A stretch of DNA of 63,970 nt, filler included, from Circinaria calcarea (Eukaryota): the NCBI GenBank assembly GCA_051942165.1. It is 6 parts of 6 records of this genome, joined end to end, with 100 filler letters (N's around TTAATTAATTAA, not from the genome) between each part and the next. Parts side by side here need not be neighbours in the genome. Positions count along the whole stretch, not along the records: positions 1 to 10,594 come from JAVECS010000789.1; 5 more parts are not named here. One strand, 5' to 3'. Position 1 is the stretch's first letter; every line of letters starts with the position of its first letter. Under the pieces are notes generated by a model. The model saw nothing but the letters and a program-made list of their open reading frames with translations, had not been told where the DNA came from and ran no database searches. Below, one piece after another: positions 1 through 10,694 of this stretch. Both the position numbers and the translations under genes were made by a program.

Positions 1-2
1 TA

Positions 3-2676
3 GCACACTATACTCTCTTCGAATTTTTGGAGGTATTTTGGGAATCGAGGATATCTCAAATTCATACAGAGATTGCCTTTGCTTGTCTAAATGTGCTCTC
101 ATTTGAAACACATACGCTGACCGCGGAGCCAATAGATAAAGACTCATCTTTCAATGTGAAGAGTTTTCTAAGCTATGCTCAAAAGAACTGGGCAAATCAT
201 ACTCTCCGAAGTAACGATAAAGAAGTTGTGCGTTTTGCTGCGAAGTTGCTCTCACACCCGGGAAAACTACCGGTCTTAGCAAGAGCTATAGATTTCAGTA
301 CTATGAACGAGAATAGGTCTGGAATTTCCCTCGTAAACTTTACCGGCCTGCACATTGCATCATTCCTAGGGCTTTCGAATGTTGTTTCGGCCCTGGGTAG
401 CGTTGAAGTTGATATCAACGAAACTGTCGATGGGGGCTGGACTGCTTTACACTGCGCCACTGCGAATGGACACTATGATGTGGTTCAAGTACTCCTCGAT
501 GTTAATGCTAGCTGGACGTTGACCGATTCTAAAGATGGATGGACGCCGCTTCATCTCGCTGTACGAGGGAATGATGAGAGAATTGTTCAATTGTTACTGG
601 AGCAGGGTGCATTTTCGGACCCTAAGGATATCCAAGGACGAACGCCGCTGCACCTTGCTGCGTGGGCTGGGAATGAGCATAGTGCTAGGCGTCTGCTCAC
701 AGCCGGAGCTAATGTCAGTGCCGTAAATAGCAACGGAGGAGCAGCGTTACACTGGGCTGCTCGGCGTGGCCACCAAAAAATTGCGGAGGCACTGCTAGAG
801 TTCGGTGCTGATATCGACGCCATTGACCACACTGGCTCCACGGCGCTGCATGATGCTGTGAGGAATGACCAAAAACAGGTTGAGCAGCTCCTTATCAATC
901 ACGGTGCAAATCGGGATATTAAAGACTTTGCCAACCGGAGCGTAGCGGAACTGGCATGGTCCAGCAATGGACCTTCACGCCTAGGGAAACCATCGACTTT
1001 CGATTGGTCAGCATATGAGACTGACGAAGAGCTCTCAGGGCAAATCAGAGATGGTACGCAAGCGGCCTGTCGCATTCTTCGAAAGAAAGGAAAGGAGAAC
1101 TGCTTAGAAGATGGTGAAGGGGTGGACGATGATCTCCCAGAGGTAAACTGAGCCACGCCATCTCGCAACGCCAATATCTATGTCTTCATCTAATTTTGCA
1201 AACAGATTATTTTCCGGAAAACCTTTGATCTTCAGAATGACAAGGACGGCAAAGTCAAGAAATATCTTTTAACGGAGCATAGAATTCTACAAACCCTTGA
1301 CCATCCTTACATCGTTTCGTATTTAGGATATGAGGAGCCTATAGAAAAGGAGGCGTCGGTCCTCTACCTTCAGTTCTGCGATGGCGGAGATTTGGAGCAG
1401 GTACACGGTCTACCTCCAGGCCGTGACGTGTGGGAAAATGAAGACGGATTTTATACAGCCGATGCATTGCCTGATACTAATAGAGTACCGCTTAGTGAAG
1501 AGCAAATGTGGAGTATTATATATCAGATATGTTTGGCTCTAGCGTACCTACACCATGGCCTCTCAATTACATGCAAAGGCAAAGTATTTGTGGCGAAATT
1601 TGAGGTGAATTGGGATCCTACGATTCACCGAGATATCAAACCGGCGAATGGTATGATGTACTCTTATGAACCTTTGCGTTGTAGAGCCTTGCTCTAATCT
1701 AATAATTAGTCGTACTCCAGCGCAGTGATACGAAAAGGATCACAACAAAGCTGTGCGATCTTGGGATTGCCAAAGCAGAGAAGAATAAGGAAACAGTATT
1801 GTTTTCGCAATTTATCGGTACCCCAGGCTTCCTACCCCCGGTAAATCTGTCTCATCAATCGCTAGATGTATCTGACGTTTGCAGGAGGTTCAGTCGGGAC
1901 TATATTGGACAACAAAAGGAGATATTTACTCATTAGGAGGCAGGCAACGCCCATCTCCTTGTTCAATGCCCCTATTAACGTCCAACATAGAAACATTACG
2001 GAATCTCTATAAGGTCGTCTCCGACCCTTCCTCGAATGAGATTGCAGAGCTCATTAATCATTGCACGGAAAGGCATCTGCGGAGGAGGCCCAGCTGCCTG
2101 ACTATTCTCGAACAAGCATACAATCACCTAGAAGCACAAGGAGGGGAGGTCGTCTCAGCTGAACTGCGAGACCAGATGAACAGTGTTCACTCTATCCTCG
2201 GCAAGACTTCACACAGTTACCTCTATCGCGCATTCGCCCTTGTTGCTACTCAACTAGACGACTATCATAACTTCTTCAAAGACTCCACAAAGGATCGTAG
2301 GGATAGCCTCCTGAAACGGCTTGATACACTACTCAAAGACGGTGCAGATGACGTGTTCAATAAAGTTACAGACGTTGATTCACTACACCTCTGTGTACTG
2401 TTGGGGAAAGAGCAACAGCTCGTACACCTACTGAACCAAAATACGGTTGATGCTACAAACTCTAAGTGGCCAAGGTCTGGTTGGACACCCCTCCACCTGG
2501 CAGCGCAGGAGGGCCAGCCGGGAATGGTGCGGCAGCTCCTAGAGAGAGGAGCCAGCAGGCATATCAAAGATATCTATGACCAAATACCGGAGCAGTACGC
2601 GAGAGATGGCAAATTCAGTGCGGTAATGGATCTGCTCTCTTCGCCCTCTACAAGTACTAGCATTCGGAACGGTTAA
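3..2676 (+). CDS. 5'-truncated NLR-type protein: post-NACHT helical region, ankyrin repeats, Ser/Thr protein kinase, C-terminal ankyrin repeats (multi-exon)
   Basis: Frame from base 3 reads AHYTLFEFL...HTEIAFACLNVLSF...FLSYAQKNWANH, typical of the region after fungal NACHT domains. About 6 ankyrin repeats follow (GWTALHCA, GWTPLHLA, GRTPLHLAA). After GT-AG introns (~1143-1205, 1651-1709, 1841-1885) come kinase motifs IIFRK, LLTEHRIL, LYLQFCDGGDL, HRDIKPAN, KLCDLG, GTPGFLPPE, DIYSLG, then SGWTPLHLAAQEG. Confidence 0.85.
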
Positions 2677-3769
2677 TCAGAGGCGTTGATTGTACATAGC
2701 CTAGGATGGTCAAAGGACGGGAGCCGACCATGGAAGTATTGGTCACCATTCACGTCAACGGCCCTGGAACCGTCCCATATCAGCATCACCACGAAACGGA
2801 GCAAGACCATATCTTGTCTGATTGAATCGTCTCAACTCTCCACCTCATTTACCTAGAATGGGTTGCAGCGGCTGCTATCCAACCCTACCTCGAAGGTCCG
2901 AAATAACCCAGACAATCAAAATAAGGTTATTCCCGAGTTGGTTTTCCTATGGCTCAACGCTGATCAGGCCCCATCGGAAAAAAAAAGTCTCTAAGCTCAC
3001 ACCAAGGGCGTTTGAGAACTTTGAAAGCACCCAGCCCCAGAACCAATAGCCTTCAACAGTTTGCATCCGGTACATTTGCAATAGGTGGATTTTAAACTGT
3101 CGCGGCCTGGCACTTTGACTCTCTCCCCGCCTGCGCTGCCAGCATCCCCACCAAACCGCCACCGCCAAACTCCAATGGCAAAACCGACCACCTGGCACCA
3201 AATGAGGTAGCCGGCCAAGGACAAGGGCGGAACTGCGGGCTCCCTTTCCCTACCCCGCCCTGACCTCGTGTCACGGCAGAGTATGGATCAAGGAATAGAA
3301 TTGATTAATTCTACGACTGTCTATTCTGGGGCTATATAGCCCCGCAGGCCTGCCTGCTCCTTCCCATAACACCTCGGGACGAGTACCTTAAGCAACCGTA
3401 CCCCGGACTGTGATAGTTGGTATTTACGGAAGGAAAAAGCCAAGGAAGGTGAAGGGAGGAAATTTGGGTTTTGGGTTCGCTCTCATTCCGTTTCTTCCAT
3501 GGCTTACTTAGAATTACTAGAAGAGGCAGATTCGGACGAGAGGGGAAAGGGAGGGGGGTTTCCCTGTTCCCGGACTGATGCGAGATTTGGAAGATTGGAG
3601 ATGAGTTTGCGAAGATGTGGGGGTTAGGTTGCTTTATAAGTGAAAAGGAAGTCTTAGGGGTTGGATTATTTAATTAATACAACTCGAATTTTGATAATGG
3701 GGGTTTATAACAGGCCTGAGCTTATCTTGGTTGATGAGAATGAGCATATAACGCTTTACGGTAGCAAAG

Positions 3770-5810
3770 CAAAAAGGTACATACACCATAATGGAAAATT
3801 GTACATGGGAGAAATGATTGGGAGTAGTAGCTTGCTAATAATGTCTGGGTGATTAAATAATTTCTCGACTAATATCATATTGTCCATGCTTTAATTCAAT
3901 CCGAATGTACTCACCCACCCACATTTCGAGTCGATATCTCGCACCCTAAACGCTTTCCGGAACCGCCTCGACTCTTTCCTTAGGTACAAGAAGGGGGCAT
4001 CTTAAAAGGATAAGAGGTAGGCAGCGCACCGAAAAGGAAATCATCGAGATAGATTGGGGTATTCGGCACCCCGGCCGGGAAGATGAACGTGAACGTCACG
4101 ACACCCGATGTGGTCCCGGAATAATCTTGTCTGGTAATCTCCGAATAGCCCACGCCGTTCCCTCCCGGGATGGAGCAGACCCCACCGGGACAGGGTGATG
4201 AAATACCTCCGTAAGTGCGCGGCGGGGTACCGTCGTCGGCCTGGATCTCGAAGCTGTACTTGGAGTTGGCGTTGGTGGGATCTTCGAGGCCGATGTGGAA
4301 GGTGAAGACGTAGTCGGTAGTCGGGACGAAGCAGACTCGGGTGGTCAGGGTAACAGAGGTTCCGTCGTTGTTCGCGGATGGGCTGGCTTTGCTGTTTTGT
4401 GGACACGTTTAGCGCCAATTTACGGGAATAGGTTCAAGACGGAGCAGCGAACTGGAGTCCAAGTAGAAAGTAAACTTACAAGGCAGTACAATACCGATAA
4501 GGTATCGTACATTGCGAGCAAGTGCTGATTACCCCGTGGCTTGGGTCGAAGGATCCTTGACTGGCAGGAGCAAAGGACCTAAGAGGAAGACTTGTTATCA
4601 TTGCCATCCCCGAGGATCTAGGTTGATAAAGGATGAAACTCGGAATTCTAATCACCATATGTCATGCGATCGCTCAAAATCTGCGTCGGAGATTTGGTTG
4701 GGGTAACTCGCCCTCGAGTATACCCCAGGTGGCAATGGTCGCACCACAGCGGGCAACGATTTGGTGCAAGTGCTGGTCGGCGTTGCCAAAGTAGATGTGG
4801 TCGGAGTGGTCGCAATGCACGAGCATGCAGAGGTAACCCGGGAGGCTAAACCAGAACATGGCGACACAAAAGCAGGCGTACTCGTGGCCGGGGGAGTGGC
4901 CGCAGTGTACGTGGAACAAAAGGCGTAGGCCGCACCGTCAGAAGTATGGCCACGCAATGCGCGCAGACAGTTGTCGGCATTACATGCTGCAGAGGAGAGA
5001 CGAGGTAAGAGCAGGAGATAAGCGGACAGAACAAGCTTAACTGGCTGCATCATCATAGCTGCTTGTAAGACGTAGATACAAAGGCAGATGAATTCAGAAA
5101 ATGTACACAGTCTGAGAAATGTCTTGAAGAGAGGCACCTCAGCAAGACTTTAAGCGGTGGCCTGAAACCGTTAAAGGGTGGATCAAGTCAATGTTTGTAT
5201 GTATGCTCCGAGATCCTATACGGTATGCTTGTTTCATTCAATCCCACGGAACATTTTTCCAAGCTAAACATTCTGTCTTGCAGGCCTAGAACGCCAGCGG
5301 TTCGCGAAAAACGTGTCAGATGTACCAGAGCATGAAAGCAAGGTACTGCATATACGAGACAGATCATTGGGCACGTGGATTGGAGCTAGGGAGATCCCAT
5401 TTCAGACAGGCACACGCGAGAGAGCCGAGCTCAGAACCAACCAGAGCGTCATGTAGACGTAGATAGGCGAGTTTTGAGCCCTAATCATGCAGGCACAAAG
5501 CTTGCATTGCCAGCCTCACCGTAAAGTAGGATGTGGTAGTAGGAGTGATTAGATCATCCCGTCCACAGCCATAAAATCCCCGTATTGTCGCGAGCATCTG
5601 TGTCCACCATGCCATAGTTCCAGACCACCTCTGGCTATGGATTTAGCCTAGCGAGACAGCAAAATTGTACAGGTGGATCCAGCATTGCCAGATCTCATGC
5701 AAGCCTTTATTGGGCCAAGAGTTGATCCTTTGCCACTGTCGTTAATGGTCTGATATGAGTGGTTGAATCTTCGCATTGTCGGACGCACATTGAACCGTTC
5801 CTAGCGCACT
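3770..5810. repeat. Segmental duplication copy A (~2 kb); copy B at ~59952-62212
   Basis: Near-identical sequence from 'aaaggtacatacaccataatggaaaattgtacatggg' to 'aaccgttcctagcgcac' recurs on the last contig in the same orientation. Confidence 0.95.
3980..5056 (-). CDS. Secreted Cys-rich protein (signal peptide, CNADNC motif domain, Thr-rich linker, CBM-like beta-rich domain), 3 exons, copy A
   Basis: MMMQPVKLVLSAYLLLLPRLSSA is followed by ACNADNCLRAL...FCSTY...SRVTSACSC. Two GT-AG introns join exon 2 (SFAPASQG...CSQCTIPYRYCTA) and exon 3 (KASPSANND...IYLDDFLFG...CT*) in frame. Confidence 0.85.
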
Positions 5811-6930
5811 CGACCTCGCCTCGGTTGTACCAAATACAATACCTTATTGCCTACAAAGTACAAACAGCTCGGGCGAGAATACACCGGGCTGGTATTTTAC
5901 TACACGGTCCGTTTTAATATAAAAATAAAAATTAGGGTCGGTATTAATTATAACACGGCCCTTATATATTCTAGCCCGTGTTATTAATATTTTATATAGA
6001 GAGTGTAAAGCACGGATTATGCATTACCCGTAGATAACACATGATTCGGTAAGCCCAATTCCTTCCAATATGAGGTCCGGTATTACGAGGTGTGAGCAAG
6101 GAGAAGATAGTGGAGGCAGGCGTGCCAAAAAGGAAGAGAGAGAGATAGTGCACAATTTCATTAACGAGGGTTTGGGGTACGCGGTGGTAGATATTTGGCC
6201 TCGCTCGAGGAAGCCGAGGATTGTTAAATTCTGGCGGTGGAGAGGTGACGATAATGGGGACGATGCAGGAAAGCGAGTGAAGAGGAAAGGAAAAAATGAT
6301 ATAGGATAGGTAGGAAATTATATGATGGGCGAGGAACCCTGCATAGTTTAGCGGTTGTAATTGAAAAGGGCGAGGGAGATTTGGATATCGTTTAAATCGT
6401 GGCGATAATAACTGCTATATAATATGACGATAGCTAAATGCTCAGCATAAAGCGAAGAGAGAAACACGTATCCCGAGCTGGATTAAAAGCAAGGCCTCGA
6501 ATAGTTTAGCCGGTGTAATATGAGCTATCTGCACTGCACTTTACGGCCAGTGGAGCCCTATATATAAGCCTTGTAAGCCCACTAGCTACTTCAACCCCCC
6601 GCTTTTTGTGGGAATTCACCCTGTAGACGCGATTAGGCTTAGCGGCGTGTTGCTTTCCATAGCATAAAAGGCGAGCACGCATTATAGGAATGCAAGCAAC
6701 CTTCATACGATGTATGCCAATAAGCCTTTGTCCAGCACTTTTATCCCTGGTGGCTCAATGCCCGATAACCGAGCCTGTTCACCCTTACTTAGCGAAATGG
6801 CTGCACGGATAGTGTACACTGTCGGTCCAGTTCGGGACCTTTGCGCTGCACTGACAGTGTAGTCCGGAGGGTCAAACTGCTTAGCCGGTGCAGTGGCAGC
6901 CTTGCGTGAAATTTACAAAAGCTCAAAACT

Positions 6931-9900
6931 TTAATTGTTTGCACCAGATACACTGAGGGCTTCGTAAGCGAATTTCGTCTGCAATGCCGAGATTACCACA
7001 GAGGAAAAGGCTAGGAAGAGGCTGATCCCTCCAAATACGACAGCGGCCCACAAGGTGTACCATGACAGTGAATCGCGACGGTCACGCCATAGAGCATAGA
7101 TGCCCCTTTTGCTTTCTTTAGTAAATTCTGCGTTTTAGCTGTATGGAGGGTGGATACCAACCTTGGCTTCGTTTTCTCCATGTACCACTGGATTTCCCGC
7201 AGCCGCTCACCGAAAATAGGGTAGTTTGTGAAGTCCTCCATTTCGTTCAAGTTGGTGCTCAATACCGCTTCGTAATGCGTAAGCGTAGCCTGAAGATAAG
7301 GTGGGGAACCTTTCATTGTGTCTTTCATTGCCCGAGGCGTCTGGCTTTGCATACCCAAGTTGTAGGGAGTTGGAAGGTCACCGTAGCACTCATTGATCGT
7401 ATAACCGTCAAGGACACTACTGAAGTCCAAAGGAGTCGTCTTCCCTGACGCTTCAAGATCAGCTTTCACTGGTTGCCGGCGAATTTTTGAGATAATATTC
7501 TGCCCGAAAGTCGAGGTTGTGCGTCGCGATGCCTCAAAGAGTACAGCATATGTTCTCTTCAATTCCACTATCTCTGGCCAGCTATGTAAATCGGGAAAGT
7601 ACCCATCGAGAATCCACATTAGACCCGGGTCCCATAGAAGGTGAATAACCTGGCCACCTTGAAGCGTATTCTTCATTCGAAGGTGATTATCAAAGGTATC
7701 AGTCCACTGAATCTCAATTTTGCCAATATCCATGAGAGCTTTGACCGATAAATGGCTTGCAGCGAAAAGGGGATTTGAAGTCTTTCCTAATCTGCGCCAC
7801 AACGCTGTCCGTTTCGTTGATGCATTTTCCATTACTTGATTGACAGAAAGTTCTGCGTCGTCCGCTGTCCACTGCGTGTCGCTATGTCTAATTAGATCTG
7901 TTTCATTCCAGTTGTAATTCAGCGCACAGAACACTGCGTAAATCCACCTACGATGGGACTGGGCGAGATTAACCTCGTTATTTTTAGGCTCTGACAGAAC
8001 TGCACGACGGTAGTAGAAGTTCTGCAGCTTCCACATTGGCCAATCGATTGGAGTTACCGCATGGATTTCCGAGACCAGGTACTAAACCTCCGCAATTCTA
8101 ACCCGATATGTATCAACATCATCACCATTATAGCAAAATTGCTCAGCGGGTCTTTTATATAATCTTTCGCAGCCATAAGCCTTCCAAGGATTCGCAAAAG
8201 ATTGGCTGAAACCGAGAACTGGTAGTCTGATTGTGTCATATTGAAGATACATGGTCTTGATGGGTCACTTTGTGGTGTCGACTGCAGAGTGAAGGTTTTG
8301 TAGCGCGGTGATGTTGGATGGAACAAGGACACCATAAGGTCTTCCAGCACTAGATCCACATTGACTTTAAAAGTATCCCAGATGCGTGTAGCCGAAGCAT
8401 CAAAGATAATCTTGCATGCAAGCTCCCACCACTCATCTCGGAATCCTCCAGGCTTTTTGCTGGTATTACGCACCGGATCTTCGAGAAATAATGCTATATA
8501 CTCTAGTCAACCAGGGTAAATTTTAAGAAAGCAACGCATTGCATTAAGCATATTTTATACCTTTGTATTCATTGCGCTGTCTGTTTTGGTTCTCAATAAG
8601 AGTTTTTAGGGTATCTGGCTGGATCTCCCACCATACATGGTTATGGTCCAACAGACCGTCCCGTTCGGAAGTAGGATAAGAAGCCTCGTTAAATGCTTGA
8701 TCTGGAATATCCAGGGTAATAGGTGGCCCCGGGCCAATAACGGTTGTGCTAGGCCTGCGGGTTCTTGCGATTATTTTAGGCTTTCGATTAGTTTCCTTGC
8801 CAGTATGTGATTCTGCTGCCGCTGATCTATTCCTACGCCTCTTGATCTCTTCAAAATTATCAGGCTGGGGCGCTGCGGCCCTAGAAGTCGACGCCAGACC
8901 TGGATTGGAAGCTAAATCTGGATTTGAATTAAAAGGCTCATCTGGAATTGGAGTTTTGCCAGGAATAGGCGAGTATCTTCTTGAGGGTTCGGAAGGGAAC
9001 GGGTTTACGTTTCCACTGTTGTATGGGGGATGCTGAGAGCTTATTTGGGGGTAATAACCATAAGAGGAATATCCAGGATTGTATCCGTACCCAGTAGAGG
9101 AGTACTCAGGATAGTAGCTGGGGAAGGAATAATTTTGTGGATATCCCTGAGGATGTTGAAAATATTGTCCCGGGTAACTTGGTTGCCCTGATGCCATAGT
9201 AGGGTAATAAGGAGTAAATAAAGGGGCAGGAGCCGGAGTAGGAACAGGAGCCGGGGTAGGAACAGGAGCCGGGGTAGGACCAGGAGTCGGGGTAGTAATA
9301 GGAGGCGGGCCAGCCACAGGAGAAGGACCAGTGGTGGCAGGAGAGGAAGTATCAGTACTATTAGAACACGTACTAACGGTACGGCACTGGCCAGCCATCG
9401 GAAGCACAGGAGTGCTAGCGGGGGAGGACGTGCTAGTTTTAGATGTCCTGAACTTGACAACGGGTTCTGACAGCCAGTCATCTGGTCTGATTTCATCGGG
9501 AGTCGTATTCTTAGGTTTCTGGAAAGCGATCTCCCCGTTTTCGCGGCGATTATCTAATGTGGTGCGATCCTGCGAAACTACGCTTATAGGACGGTGGATA
9601 CCTCGTTTGCCAGCTTGCGCTATTGCTTTTGCTTTTGCTTTACCTTTCTTGGTAAAGCTATCACCCCAATCATTTTCCCCGGCTGATTCTAGCTCCGGGG
9701 TCAGGAAATTGGCTGGCTCCTCATCAGTAGCGGGTTTTCTGTTTGTCTCTTCTTTATTCCTTTCTTCATGTTTCTTGCTAGCAACCTCATCAAAGCTCCT
9801 AGGATCGTCTATGGTAGGCTCAGATGCTTTCGAATTACTTGCAGGGAGGATAGAAGAAGGAAGCCCAGCAGTTGATCCAACCGAAGGCTCCAATGTTTGT

Positions 9901-10470
9901 GGAGTACTTGCGGGGATAATAGAGGAGGGAAGTCCAGCAGTTGATCCAATTGAAGGCTCCGGCCTTTGCAGAGTACTTGCAGCAACCACAGAAGATGAAA
10001 TACCAGCTGTTGATCCAGCTGAAGGCTCCGATGTTTACGTTGATTCCGAAGTCTGTGTAGTCAGTGATATGATGATTGAAGGTAGCCCTCCAGTCGATGC
10101 TACTGAAGGAGCAATGGACACACTCAACGAAGGCTGCTCGACCGCTGTAGCGGCGGTAGACAAGGTTGGTTCAGATACGGACGAGGAACCACTGCTCGAA
10201 GACTGGCTGGTCGAAGGTTCGGCTGTCTGGGTTAAGCTCGGTACAGAGCTGGAAGCAAGCTCAATTGAGGACTGTGATGATAGCTGAATCTGTGTGTTTG
10301 TCACTGTCAAAGAAGACTGGCTGGTGGTGCCAGAGGCCGATGATTCCATCAATGTAGAAGCCGGCACACCACTGCTACCTAGTACACTTGTAGATTAGGC
10401 ATTCCCTAAAGTAGATAGAGAAACCAGGGTAGCAATTTCCGTCGTACTTAATAAACCTGCTATAGTGGCT
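6931..10470 (-). pseudogene. Disrupted gene: Ser/Thr- and Pro-rich N-terminus plus an uncharacterised fungal domain ending in a C-terminal transmembrane helix
   Basis: ORF pieces 10035-10367, 8544-9989, 8054-8473 and 7011-8036 join via in-frame TAA stops (10395-10397, 10035-10037), an intron (~8504-8560), and an apparent frameshift plus TAG near 8150-8080. A last intron leads to RGIYALWRDRRDSLSWYTLWAAVVFGGISLFLAF...*. The 5' end is uncertain. Confidence 0.7.
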
Positions 10471-10489
10471 GAAAAACTTTATACCATAT

Positions 10490-10594
10490 CTTAATAAAAC
10501 AAATATTTAGCTGATAATAAATTAAAAATTAATTAAATATATAATAAAAAAAATTTAATAATACGTTTTTTAAATTTCTGCGAGAAAAAATTTA
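10490..10594. repeat. Very AT-rich contig end, probable RIP-degraded repeat
   Basis: Almost pure A/T with TpA excess, at the point where the assembly breaks. Confidence 0.55.
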
Positions 10595-10694
10595 NNNNNN
10601 NNNNNNNNNNNNNNNNNNNNNNNNNNNNNNNNNNNNNNTTAATTAATTAANNNNNNNNNNNNNNNNNNNNNNNNNNNNNNNNNNNNNNNNNNNN
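10595..10694. other. Artificial contig spacer
   Basis: N44-TTAATTAATTAA-N44 (stops in all six frames). Confidence 0.99.

Noticed and set aside
9331..10287. 318-aa plus-strand ORF and similar long antisense ORFs (e.g. 12211-12804, 18148-18690, 40641-41168)
   Set aside because: Shadows of real genes on the opposite strand, with no independent motifs.
10639..10650. Repeated palindrome TTAATTAATTAA at regular ~10.7-kb spacing
   Set aside because: Synthetic six-frame-stop linker inside N runs, not biological.
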